Part shown: positions 39,201 through 56,032 of the stretch, in pieces | Layout of the letters: every line of letters starts with the position of its first letter | Numbering within the stretch: position 1 is the stretch's first letter | Assembly: GCF_009914755.1 (NCBI RefSeq) | Contig: NC_060939.1 | DNA: 64,000 nucleotides | Strand: one strand, 5' to 3' | Source of the DNA: the human T2T-CHM13v2.0 reference genome, Homo sapiens | Notes under the pieces: model-generated | Database searches by the model: none | Told to the model about the DNA's origin: nothing | Seen by the model: only the letters and a program-made list of their open reading frames with translations | Position numbers and translations under genes: made by a program

Positions 39201-42200
39201 TTTAACACAGTGGGTAGAGGGAAATTTATAGCACTAAATGCCCACAAGAGAAAGCAGGAAAGATCTAAAATCTGCACCCTAACAACACAATTAAAAGAAC
39301 TAGAGAAGCAAGAGCAAATAAATTCAAAAGCTAGCAGAAGGCAAGAAATAACTAAGATCAGAGCAGAACTGAAGGAAATAGAGACACAAAAAACCCTTCA
39401 AAAAATAAATGAATCCAGGAGCTGTTTTTTTGAAAAGATCAACAAAATTGATAGACTGCTAGGAAGACTAATAAAGAAGAAAAGACCGAAGAATGAAATA
39501 GATGCAATAAAAAATGACAAAGGGGATATCACCACAGATCCCACAGAAATACAAACTACCATCAGAGAATACTATAAACACCTCTACACAAATAAATTAG
39601 AAAAACTAGAAGAAATGGATAAATTCCTGGACACATACACCCTCCCAAGACTAAACCAGGAAGAAGCTGAATCTCTGAATAGACCAATAACGGGCTCTGA
39701 AATCGAGGCAATAATTAAGAGCCTACCAACCAAAAAAAGTCCAGGACCAGATAGATTCACAGCCAAATTCTACCAGAGGTACAAAGAGGAGTTGGTACCA
39801 TTCCTTCTGAAACTATTCCGATCAATAGAAGAAGAGGGAATCCTCCCTAACTCATTTTATGAGGCCAGCATCATCCTGATACCAAAGCCTGGCAGAGACA
39901 CAACAAAAAAAGAGAATTTTAGACCAATATCCCTGATGAACATTGATGCAAAAATCCTCAATAGAATACTGGCAAACTGAATCCAGCAGCACATCAAAAA
40001 GCTTATCTACTCACAATCAAGTCGGCTTCATCCCTGGGATGCAAGGCTGGTTCAACATATGCAAATCAATAAACGTAATCCATCAAATAAACAGAACCAA
40101 TGACAAAAACCACATGATTATCTCAATAGATGCAGAAAAGGCCTTTGACAAAATTCAACATCTCTTCATGCTAAAAACTATCAATAAACTAGGTATTGAT
40201 GGAACATATCTCAAAATAATAACAGCTATTTATGACAAACCCATAGCCAAGATCATACCGAATGGGCAAAAACTGGAAGCACTCCCTTTGAAAACTGGCA
40301 CAAGACAAGGATGCCCTCTCTCACCACTCCTATTCAACACAGTGTTGGAAATTCTGGCCAGAGCAATTAGGCAAGAGAAAGAAATAAAGGGTATTCAATT
40401 AGGAAGAGAGGAAGTCAAATTGTCCCTGCTGGCAGATAACATGATTATATATTTAGAAAACCCCATCATCCAAGCCCAAAATCTCCTCAAGCTGATAAGC
40501 AACTTCAGTAACGTCTCAGGATATAAAATCAATATGCAAAAATTGCACAAGCAATACACCAATAACAGACAGAGAGCCCAATCATGAGTGAACTCCCATT
40601 AACAATTGCTACAAACAGAATAAAATATCTAGGAATCCAACTTACAAGGGATTTTGAAGAACCTCTTCAAGGAGAACTACAAACCACTATGCAACAAAAT
40701 AAAAGAGGACACAAACAAATGGAAGAATATTCCATGCTCATGGATAGGAAGAATCAATTTCATGAAAATGGCCATACTGTCCAAGGTAATTTATAGACTC
40801 AATGCCATCCCCATCAAGCTACCAATGACTTTCTTCACAGAATTGGAAATTCTTCACAGAATTTTTTCCAATTTGGTTCATATGGAACCAAAAAAGAGCC
40901 TGAATTGCCAAGACAATCCTAAGCAAAAATAACGAAGCTGGAGACTTCATACTACCTGACTTCAAACTATACTACAAGGCTACAGTAACCAAAACAGCAC
41001 GGTACTGGTACCAAAACAGATACATAGACCAATGGAACAGAACAGAGGCCTCAGAAATAACACCACACATCTACAACCATCTGATCTTTGACAAACCTGA
41101 CAAAAACAAGAAATGGGGAAAGGATTCCCTATTTAATAGTGCAGGGAAAACTGGCTAGCCACATGCAGAAAGCTGAAACTGGACCCCTTCCTTACACTTT
41201 ATACAAAAATTAATTCAAGATGGATTAAAGCCTTAAATGTAAGACCTAAAACCATAAAAACTCTAGAAGAAAACCTAGGCAATACCTTCAGGACATAGGC
41301 ATGGGCAAAGACTTCATGACTAAAACACCAAAAGCAATGGCAACAAAAGCCAAAACAGACAAATGGGATCTAATTAAACTAAAGAGCTCCTGCATGGCAA
41401 AAGAAACTACCATCAGAGTGAACAGGCAACCTACAGAATGGGAGAAAATTTTTGCAATCTACCCATCTGACTAAGGGCTAATATCCAGAATCTACAAAGA
41501 ACTTAAACAAATTTACAAGAAAAAAATCAACCCCAGCAAAAAGTGGGCGAAGGATATGAACAGACACTTCTCTAAAGAAGACATTTATACAGCCAACAGA
41601 CACATGAAGAAATGCTCACCATCACTGGCCATCAGAGAAACGCAAATCAAAACCACGATGAGATACCATCTCACACCAGTTAGAATGGCCATCATTAAAA
41701 ATTCAGGAAACAACAGATGCTGGAGAGGATGTGGAGAAATAGGAATGCTTTTACACTGTTGGTGGGAGTGTCAATTAGTTCAACCATTGTGGAAAACAGT
41801 GTGGCGATTCCTCAAGGATCTAGAACTAGAAATACCATTTGACCCAGCAATCCCATTACAGGGTATATACCCAAAGGATTATAAATCATGCTACTATAAA
41901 GACACATGCACACGTATGTTTACTGCAGCACTGTTCACAATAGCAAAGACTTGGAACCAACCCAAATGTCCATCAACGATAGACTGGATTAAGAAAATGT
42001 GGCACCATGGAATACTATGCAGCCATAAAAAAGGATGAGTTCATGTCCTTTGCAGGTACATGGATAAAGCTGGAAACCATTATTCTCAGCAAACTATCAC
42101 AAGGACAGAAAACCAAACATCGCATGTTCTCACTCATCCTTGGGATGGTAATTGAACAATGAGAACACTTGGACACAGGGCAGGGAACATCACACACCGG

Positions 42201-42365
42201 AGCCTGTCACTGGGTGGGGGGCTGAGGGAGGGATAGCATTAGGAGAAATACCTAACGTAAATGACAAGTTGATGGGTGCAGCAAACCAACATGGCACATG
42301 TATACCTGTGTAACAAATCTGCACTTTGTGCACATGTACCCTAGAACTTAAAGTATAATAATAAA
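36219..42365 (+). mobile_element. Full-length, coding-dead L1PA5/6-like LINE-1
   Basis: 5'UTR with YY1 site AAGATGGCC (36231); ORF1 ATG at 37257 (MGRNQSRK); ORF2 broken by stops and frameshifts; 3'UTR and A tail; TSD aaaaaa(g)aaagtc. Confidence 0.96.
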
Positions 42366-42370
42366 AAAAA

Positions 42371-45660
<3,290 letters not shown>

Positions 45661-45664
45661 CCTA

Positions 45665-45985
45665 GACCTGGCACAGTGGTTCATGCCTGTAACCCTATAA
45701 TCCTAGCACTTTGGGAGGCCAAGGCAGGCAGACCGCCTTGAGTCTCAAACAAGAGTTTGAGACCAGCCTGGGCAATGTGGAGAATATGCCAAAATACAAA
45801 ATAATACCAGCAATCCAACAAAAATACAAAAAATAGCCAGGCGTGGTGGCACGCACCTGTAGTCCCAGCTCCTTGGGAGGCTAAGGAGGGAGGCTCACTT
45901 GAGCCCAGGAGATAGAGGCTACAGTAAGCTATGATCATTCTACTGCACTCCAGCCTGGGTGACAGAGTGAGACCTCATCTCTAAA
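45665..45985 (+). mobile_element. AluJ, followed by MIR (46010-46235)
   Basis: Dimer with an anomalous linker; MIR core. Confidence 0.85.
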
Positions 45986-46459
45986 AATATTAATTTTTTT
46001 TTTTAAAAAGAGTAAGTTCTGAAGTCAGACACAAATCCATATCCCAAGTCTGCCAATTACAAACTACACTCGCCTTTAGATAAATTCTTTAACATTTTTG
46101 AATCTCAGGGTACACAGCTATAAAACAAGAGTAAAAATATCTACTTTGTAGGGTTGTTTTCAAAATCAAAGAAAGTAAATGTGAAAAAATGTTTGATGGC
46201 AAACAACCAGCACTCAATACTTGGTAGCTGTGCACCACAGGATAATGGGGAATTTTTTTGTTATTTTCAGATTTTCTGATACATGATTGCACTGCACTGC
46301 AATTACAACTTCAAAAACCTGTAATGATTTAAAGTATTTCCAAATTACAGATTACACTAGGCTCTGACTTAAAATTTTTCAGTCCAGAGTTCATAAATTC
46401 TTAATTACAGGCCTTTTCCTCCAAAGAGGAAAAAAAAAAAGAAATGTTACTTCAACATT

Positions 46460-46760
<301 letters not shown>

Positions 46761-47139
46761 TTATTATTTCTTAAGTCCCACCAGATACTGATTAACTTGA
46801 AATCCTTACATCACTGCATCTTGTGCACTCCTGTTCAATTAGGCACCTGACAGATTATTGTTTCTGCATCTGAACTGAAAGTCAGTGGTACTTAAGATGC
46901 ATGACCTTTTTTTTTAGGTAAATTCCAGATATTTCCAGGTGCACTTAGGTAAACAGGTACTACAATGTAATAATAAACGTAAGTAGGAGATGTATATTTC
47001 ACAGATTACCACAAAGGATTTCTGGGGAGCAATTCACTTGATTATATGAATAAAAAGCCAACAGAGAGCAACCAAGAGGAAGAATAAGAACCCACGTCAG
47101 GTTAAATAGCACCACTATGTCAGGTTAAAGGGGTTATGT

Positions 47140-47985
47140 TCTCATTTCTCCAAAAAATGTATACGAATGGCTAACAAGCCTATGAAAACATGTTGAAATC
47201 ACTAGTCATTAGGGAAATACATATCAAAGCCACAATGAGACATAACTTCGTACCCACCAAGATGTCTACCGTCAAAAAGACAAAACAACTGTTGGAGAAG
47301 ATGTGGAGAAACTGGAATCCTGACACACTGCAGTGGAAATGTAAACCGGTACAGCTGGTTTGGTAACAATCTGGCAGTTCCTCAAAAAGTAAAAGATAAG
47401 TCACTATATAACCCAGCAATTCTATTCCTAGGTTTATACTCAAGAGAAATGAAAACACAAGTCCACACAAAAACTTCTAGAGGAATATTCACAGCAGCAA
47501 TAGCCAAAAAGTAGAAACAGTGCAAGATGTTCATGAACTGATAAATGAATAAATAAAATGTGGTATATCCATATGATGGAATATTATTCATCCATAAAAA
47601 GGAATGAAGGGCTGATATGTGCTACAAAATGGATGAATCTTGAAAACATTACGTTAAATGGAAGAAGCCAGACACAAAAGGCTTCGTACTGTATAATTCC
47701 ATTTATGTGAAATGTCCTGAATAGGCAAATCCATAAAGACAGAAAGTAGATGAGAGGGTGGCTGTAGCTGGAGATAAGATGGGGAAGTAGGGAGGGAGGC
47801 CAGAATGGAAAACGGCTGCTAATGCTTATGGGGTTTCATATTGGGATACTGAAAATGTTCTAAACTTGATTGTGGTAATGGATCCACAACTCTGTGAATA
47901 CATTAAAATCATTGAAGTGTACATTTTAAATGGGTGGATTTTATGGTATGTGAAGTATAGCTCAATAAAGCTTCAAATTAAAAAA
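47140..47985 (+). mobile_element. L1MB7/ME-like 3' end
   Basis: L1M 3'UTR motifs. Confidence 0.82.
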
Positions 47986-48185
47986 GAAAGCAAGCTATGT
48001 CCTAATCCAAAATGTCCAAAATTGCAATCATTCAGTTACTACCTTCATGATATTTGCCATAACTAAGTACCACCTATAAAATAATTTACGTAATTTTCTT
48101 TCAATAAAATGACATTTACTCAAATAAAAATCTGTAACACTATCTTAAACATAAAATCAGTCAATATACAAGAAATATGGATATG

Positions 48186-49430
48186 CTCTCCCTCTCCCTC
48201 TCGCTCTCCGTCTCCCTCTTTCTATGGTCTCCCTCTCTTGCAGAGCCTGGACTGTACTGCCATGATCTCAGCTAGCTGCAACCTCCCTGCCTCAGGCTCC
48301 GGTGATTCTCCTGCCTCGGCCTGCCGAGTGCCTGGGGTTCCAGGCACGTGCCGCCACTCCTGACTGGTTTTTGTATTTTTGGTGGAGATGGGTTTCGCCA
48401 TGTTGACCGTGCTGGTCTCCAGCTCCTGGCCTCGGATGAACTGCCCGCCTCGGCCTCCCGAGGTGCTGGGATTGCAGACGGAGTCTCGCTCACTCAATGC
48501 TCAATGTTGCCCAGGCTGGAGTGCAGTGGCCTGATCTCGGCTCACTACAACCTCCACCTCCCAGCCACCTGCCTTGGCCTCCCAAAGTGCTAAGATTACA
48601 GCCTCTGCCCGCCCGCCACCCCGTCTAGGAAGTGAGCAGTGTCTCTGCCTGGCAGCCCATCGTCTGGGATGTGAGGAGCCCCTCTGCCTGGCCGCCCCGT
48701 CTGGAAAGTGAGGAGCACCTCTGCCCGGCCGCCACCCCGTCTAGGAAGTGAGGAGCGTCTCTGCCTGGCTGCCCATCGTCTGGGATGTGAGGAGCACCTC
48801 TGCCCGGCCGCCCCGTCTGGGAAGTGAGGAGCACCTCTGCCCGGCCGCCCCGTCTGGGAAGTGTACCCAACAGCTCCGAAGAGACAGCGACTATCGAGAA
48901 CGGGCCATGATGACGATGGCGGTTTTGTCGAAAAGAAAAGGGGGAAATGTGGGGAAAAGAAAGATCAGATTGTTACTGTGTCTGTGTAGAAAGAAGTAGA
49001 CATAGGAGACTCCATTTTGTTCTATACTAAGAAAAATTCTTCTGCCTTGGGATGCTGTTAATCTATAACCTTACCCCCAACCCCCTGCTCTCTGAAACAT
49101 GTGCTGTGTCAACTCAGGGTTAAATGGATTAAGGGCGGCGCAAGATGTGCTTTGTTAAACAGATGCTTGAAGGCAGCATGCTCGTTAAGAGTCATCACCA
49201 CTCCCTAATCTCAAGTACCCAGGGACACAAACAGGGCCGAAGGCCGCAGGGACCTCTGCCTAGGAAAACCAGAGACCTTTGTTCTCGTGTTTATCTGCTG
49301 ACCTTCTCTCCACTATTATCCTATGACCCTGCCACATCCCCCTCTCTGAGAAACACCCAAGAATGATCAATAAATACTAAAAAAAAAAAAAAAAAAGACA
49401 AAAATAAATAAATACATACATACATACAAA
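48186..49430 (+). mobile_element. Full-length SVA (SVA_A-like), antisense to SCAPER
   Basis: (CCCTCT)n head, Alu-like domain, short VNTR (~48600-48862), SINE-R, AATAAA and poly(A); TSD aaRaaatatggatatg. Confidence 0.95.
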
Positions 49431-50066
49431 AAAAAATATGGATATGGCAAAATATTGACAGTGGTACTCAAATGAAATTTGAGAAACTCAGGGCTGCAAA
49501 AAAACAGTGGCCAAGCAGAAAGTGGAGCACCCAAAAACACAAAGAATAAAGGTGGTAAACAGGGAATGAACACTAGGTCTGGTTGAGCACAAAGTGTCTG
49601 AACAAGTTCCTGCCTTGTTCAGAACTGAAGTCTCACTTGTCTTATTCTGCCCTGCAATCCCGGAATATCTGTGGAGATGCCTAAGAATCCTAGAGATGGA
49701 AATGTAAAGATGGGCTCAAGTGCCAGAAAAGGCATATCTTTTCTTTATCCAAGTTTGGGTACACAGGTTGTAAAAGAGCAAGGAGTAAATGGCAGACCCA
49801 AAGCAGTGAGAAGCCTGCTGGTAGCACTACTCCAAAATATAGGGGCCCATCTAACTGAAGCCAGAATAGTACATCTATGAATTATCCACATATTGGTCAA
49901 TAAATTGTAGAAAAATTGAGGTTTGCAATCACAGTTCCTCTCCAGGGTTCACAAAGTCTGTCACCCATGTTTTTGCCTTTTCCAACATTTAAGAAAATCT
50001 GAGTATTTGCCTTTCTGAGTCTGATACTTTAATGTTGTCACAGGCATACTCAAAAACTACTCTTCA

Positions 50067-50396
<330 letters not shown>

Positions 50397-50745
50397 TCAT
50401 GAATGTGGCATGCTCAATTGAAAATACTGAAACTCTCTCTCTTTTCCAATACTGTATTAAAAGCAGGCCTAATGCATACTAAAATCTTGACAAATTAAAT
50501 ATGATGTCTGAAACCTGCTTCAAAACAATTTAGTGAGGAGGTAACTTTTATGAAATAATATTGCTCATGTATAATATATAGCTAATTTTTGAAATAGATT
50601 GATACATAGCAGTTCATCATACTATTCTCTTTTGCGTATGTTTCAAAACATAAAATGAACGTATTACTTTAAGAAGTTATCATTTTAGCAAAACTTTATG
50701 AAATCTTTAGTGTTTCATGTCATAGAAGAAAAAGTCTTTCCATAA

Positions 50746-51053
<308 letters not shown>

Positions 51054-51177
51054 TCTAATAATTTTTAAGACTAGCTCCATCATTGGACTCCAGATCTTTT
51101 CACTCTTTATATTTCACAAGACCCATAGCCAATCAGTGAAAGCCAAACATGTTTGTGAAAAAGGTTAGCTACAAATG

Positions 51178-51537
51178 CACCATGGAATACTATGCAGCCA
51201 TAAAAAAGAACAAAATCATGCCCTCTGCAGCAACACGGATAGAGCTGGAGACCAATGTCCTAAGTGACTTAACATGAGAAAAGAAAACCAAATACTGTGT
51301 GTTCTCTCTTATAAGTGGGAATTAAACACAGAATATGTGATTGTAAAAGTCACAAACAACAGGCACTAGGGATCACTAGGCCAAGGGGAGCATGGGCTGA
51401 AAGACCACCTGTTGTGTACTATGCTTATGGCCTGTGTGATGGGATAATTGGGACCCCAAGCATCGGCATCAATTTACCCATGTAACAAATCTACACATGT
51501 ACCCTCTACTATATAAGTTGAATTTTTTTTTTAAAAA
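51178..51537 (+). mobile_element. Short L1P 3' end
   Basis: caccatggaatactatgcagcc...catgtaccctct; flanking aaaaaggtta repeat. Confidence 0.8.
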
Positions 51538-51809
51538 AGGTTACCATCCAGCAGAAACTGCAAACAGAATTTTATTAATGATTTAATTTTTGCTATGCCA
51601 GCCATTTACAGTTTTCTCTTCTACAATTTCAGAAATGCCAATTCCACAATGGATATCAGATTGTACCCTTACAGAGAATTCTATTAAACTTCCCCCTAAA
51701 TAATACCCCCACTTTCTAAGTGTTTAAATAACATTCACATGTGATTCCCAAAGAAGTTGTTTATCCTTTAAAACTAGTCTGGGCTGTGGTCAGGTATGAA
51801 AGTGAAAGA

Positions 51810-52142
<333 letters not shown>

Positions 52143-52384
52143 TCATCTTACTTATCTTTAAAACATTCCTGCAGCTAAGTGAAGACATTAATGACCTTAA
52201 TATCAATCTTTTAGGAGTTCTTAAAATACCTATGAAGCACCAATGGCAAACATTTTTAAAGTCTGTTTAGAATACTATATCCTTTGGACCAGTCACCAAA
52301 ATTTATTTATAAACACATTTGTACAGTACTGCTGATTACACTTCCATGGTTATTTGACCTGAACAACCAAGTGATTAACCATAA

Positions 52385-52744
52385 TGCTATGGTCTGCATG
52401 TTTGTGTTCTTCAAAATTCTTGTGGAAATCCTAGTTTCCAAGGTCATATCAGGAGGTGGGGCCTTTGGGAGATGACTGTATTATGAAAGCAGAACCTTAA
52501 TGAATGGGATAAATTCCCTTATAAGAGGCCAGAGAGAGACCCCTTCACCCTTGCACCATGTAAGGAGACAGCTAGAGGGTGCCATCTATTAACCAGAAAG
52601 CAGGCTATCACCAAACACTGAATCATCAGACATCTTGATCTAGGACTTCCCAGCCTCCAAAACTGCAAGAAATGAATTTCTGTTGTTTATAAGCCACTCA
52701 GTCTGAGGTATTTTGCTATACCAGACCCAAATGGACCAAAGACA
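52385..52744 (+). mobile_element. MLT1A-like solo LTR
   Basis: tgctatggtctg...ggacttcccagcctccaaaactg...ggaccaaagaca. Confidence 0.82.
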
Positions 52745-52799
52745 CATAGAGTATATTTTTAATGCAGCTCAAGGGAGTGTGGAGAAAGAAGGAAAAGAG

Positions 52800-53400
52800 C
52801 ATTTGTTGAGGGCTTACCATGGGCTAGGAACAGTTCTCAATACTTTACAGACACCTAATTTATTACTATCAACAAAATTATGAGGTGGATATTATTCCTA
52901 CTTTACAGATAAGAAAGGCTCAGAAAAATTAATTTGCCAAAAACAAGGGTTGGGGCTGAGATTCAAACTCAAAACAGTCTGCCTTCAAAGCCATCAGATT
53001 ACTTCTCCCACAGACAACCTTCCAAATCACATTAAAACTTGACTCTTTGATTGATTAAAAATATTAATTCTTTAGTGGATATCATTCTTCAAGTGGCATA
53101 AATCATCTGCAACCAACAAACTTTGAGGAAAAGTCATAGTTAACAGAAATAACAGAAGGGAAAGAGCACCAGTATAGGCCAGAGTGGGACAGTGGTCAGA
53201 CTACCAACCTTAGGTCAGAAAACTTAACCCCAGATTTACCACTCACCAGCTGGTGATCTAAGGCAAGTAATAACCTTTTGAGCCCCCGTTTCTCCATTCA
53301 TAAAATAAGTATTACTCCTAGCCCATCCATCCTTCTACCAGATTATTTATGAAGATGAAAAGTTAATGATGAAATTAATCCATAAACTAAGACAAACTAT
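52800..53400. mobile_element. Two MIR fragments in opposite orientations
   Basis: MIR cores at ~52880-52990 (-) and ~53200-53370 (+). Confidence 0.6.
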
Positions 53401-54230
53401 AATTCATATAAGGAATTAGTATCTGTTCGGTAAAATGACTATTAATGAATAGCTATTTTCATGGAAAATAACTTGTCACAACTAGAATAAGAGATGCAGT
53501 CCACCAGCAACAGGAAGCTGCTCACAAACAGGCGGCCTCATCTCAGCTGGGGCCCCCTTAACAGCAGCAGGTGTTGCTTACAGGACCAGTTTTGTGCCTG
53601 CTTTCTAACAATCCCGTTCCTCCCTGGTGCCGTTCCCACGAACGCGCCTGGAAAACGGTGTAGAGGAAAGGCGCCAAGGAAGTGCTGTTTTGGAAAAGAG
53701 CAGCAACAGAGGCAGGAGGCTGGGTCCCACTACTCCCAGGTGCGAGAGGCTCTTCGCCCCTCCAGGCCTCAGCGCACGCATCTGGAAGACGGAGAGGCCA
53801 TTCCTGCCCCGTTTCCTGGGCAGAGCTAAGATCAGAGTACAGGGAAAGCATGGTAAACCCCGCTGGGAATGACAGATGACGAAGACGATCACCTGTCAAA
53901 CGAAGGGAGGCTCCTCCAGGGGCCCCTCGCATTTAGACATTCCAGAAGCCTCGTCACCCGCGGCCGGGGCTGCCCCCAAGTGAGGTGACGCGGCAGCCCC
54001 CCACTCACCCCTCAGACCGCGTAGTGTGCGGGGTCTCACGTCCCTCACACCCCAGATGAGCCCGCAGGGCAGGGCCCGGACGCGGCTCACCCCAGCCCCC
54101 GTCCCGAGGCCTCCGAGGCCGACCTCCGAGCCCTCCCCAGGCGACCGCGGCTCCCCTCCCCCAGCAACGATCCCTGCCCCGCTCAACTCGCACTCCCAGG
54201 TGAGGGGAGGGGGTGAAAGGGCGTACCCCG

Positions 54231-54240
54231 CCGCCATTTT
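54231..54240 (-). promoter_or_regulatory. YY1 motif (AAAATGGCGG)
   Basis: CCGCCATTTT on + strand matches the YY1 consensus. Confidence 0.65.
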
Positions 54241-54332
54241 GTCCCCTGGTCCCCGCAAGGCATTCAGACGGCCCGCGCCCCAACCCGGACCCGCCCGGGT
54301 CTGCGCTACGCACGCCCCTCGCGGACACTCAC

Positions 54333-54375
54333 CCCCGACCGCCCTGCTTAGTTCGGGGCGGCTCAAAGCGTCCCG
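54333..54375 (-). other. SCAPER: SCAPER exon 1 (non-coding; TSS position approximate)
   Basis: Donor GGGG|GTGAGT (+ strand actcac|cccc at 54327-54336) inside the CpG island, just downstream of GC-box, E-box and NRF1 motifs. Confidence 0.7.
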
Positions 54376-54393
54376 CCGGGAAAGGGGCGTGAC

Positions 54394-54509
54394 GGGGCGG
54401 GGCAGGGAGGCCTCGGAGAGGCGGGGTGGCTTCCCGGCGCACCACGTGATCTCAGCCGCTGCCGCGCCGCTCCCGGCTGCAAGATCTGTGTTGTCCGCGC
54501 GCAGGCGCA
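54394..54509. promoter_or_regulatory. Proximal promoter motifs: GC box GGGGCGGGGC (54394), E-box CACGTG (54443-54448), NRF1-type CGCGCAGGCGCA (54498-54509)
   Basis: Consensus matches within about 150 bp upstream of exon 1. Confidence 0.6.
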
Positions 54510-55281
54510 CGCCCGTTCGCGCCGTTGGGGCGCCCAGGCGGGAGGTGTGAGGGTTGATTTGGTTCGATGTCCCGGCGCGGCGTTTCCGAAGCTGTTTCTT
54601 TTCCTAGGTTAAGCTTACACCGCCGCTTTTGGCCACACAGGTCTTTCTCGTACTCAATCTCTTCCCTCCTCCTGCCTTATCACCACAGTCAATCCACAGA
54701 TTAAGGACTTAGAGACGCGCCTCACAGAAATCTGTGCTGGCGAAAGCACTTGACAGGAGCACGCTGGGCTGCGCTGAACACAACTAGGCCTCCGAGAAGC
54801 TTTATCAGGGCCCTTCTGTGTGCCAGGCTTGGAAGGTCGAAGTACAGAGACCTAACAAATACGTTTCATCTACTTCAAAGACAAACATATGATGAATTAA
54901 ATACTTTAACGTTTAAATCAGTCTGAACAAAATAGAAAAAAGATTCAATGCAGACTGTAATTATCAAACGAATATTCACCGTCCCTTTTCATCCAGCTGG
55001 GAAACAGCTCTTTACCCTTCCCTCTCCCTCCCCACCCGCAGTAGGCGGGAAGTCCTGGACTCACAAGCGTTGTGGGGGCAGGAACCATATGGCTATGTTC
55101 TGGCTCCCCTTCTCTCTTGCCTTCTTAGAAAACTCGCTTTTTCATTTATTCAGCAAATGTTTATTGACCACATACTATATATCAGATGGTATTCTAGATG
55201 CTTGGAGTTAATACGTGAGCAAAATAAACAGAAATCTCTAAAAAACCTCCGGCTTCTTGGAGCAGGGTGAAACCAGGCAAG

Positions 55282-55651
55282 TGTTACATCAAGTTTAGCC
55301 AAAAGCTGTGTCCTTACATATTTTAAGTTCAGCCTGAAGGTTTCTCCGTAAATAGTAAACTATAACCTAAATGGAGGTGTAAATACACTGCAACCTACTC
55401 TTGCGCCAATCACCAAGTTTTGGCCAAAGACGGCCAACTGTTCAAACCGTGTTCAAATAAGGTAAACGTCTAGCTATAACCATTCTGGCTGTTTCCCTAC
55501 CTCACTTTTCTTTCTCTGTCTATAAACCTTTTTCCACCATGTGGCTCTGCGGGAGTCTGTATGAACCTACTCTGGCTCAGGAGGCTGCCTGATTCGGGAA
55601 TAATTCTTTGCTCAAACTCTGTTTAATTTGGCTAATATTTTGCTTTTAACA
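55282..55651 (+). mobile_element. MER57 (ERV1) solo LTR inserted in an L2 fragment
   Basis: TGTTA...TTTTAACA termini, MER57 body (ccaactgttcaaaccgtgttcaaataagg), 4-bp TSD caag. Confidence 0.85.
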
Positions 55652-56032
55652 CAAGAAATAGTAAACACAATAAATAAGTAAATTATATAACATGATAAGC
55701 ACTACAGTTAACAAAATGAGTAGGATAAGGGGGATAGAGTAGGGAGCATACTACAATTCTATAAAAGGCGGTCAGGGCCTCATTTCTTAATTATCCCCAC
55801 TTCCTTTCATACTCATAAGCATGTAAACAACCTGAAGTCTCTCCCATCTTGAAATCTCCCGCCGAACCTACCAGACTCCACTTCAACCTCTGCTTTCTTT
55901 CCTATAATACATTTCTCCAATTATCTAAACAAGAGTGCCTCCAATTCCTCAACCACTACTCAAGTCTGGACTTACTGCACTCTGGTTTCTGCCCCACCAC
56001 CCCACTGAAACCATTCTTTCCAACATCACTAG

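Larger units (their letters stand above)
53600..54620. promoter_or_regulatory. CpG island / SCAPER promoter
   Basis: Non-repetitive, very GC- and CpG-rich stretch in an otherwise AT-rich, CpG-depleted window. Confidence 0.93.

Noticed and set aside
37257-42200. L1 ORF1/ORF2 fragments up to 256 aa as functional genes
   Set aside because: Multiple stops and frameshifts; the RT catalytic motif reads LADN instead of FADD; retrotransposition-dead
48600-48862. Regular ~40-bp repeats resembling a CRISPR array
   Set aside because: This is the SVA VNTR: tandem units without unique spacers, in a primate genome with no cas genes
53494-54550. Long ORFs (204, 174, 124 and 111 aa) over the CpG island
   Set aside because: Stop-poor GC-rich DNA yields ORFs in all frames; Pro/Arg/Gly/Ala-biased with no recognisable domain
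55590-55602. STAT/GAS site in MER57
   Set aside because: TTCGGGAA has a 2-nt spacer, not the canonical TTCNNNGAA
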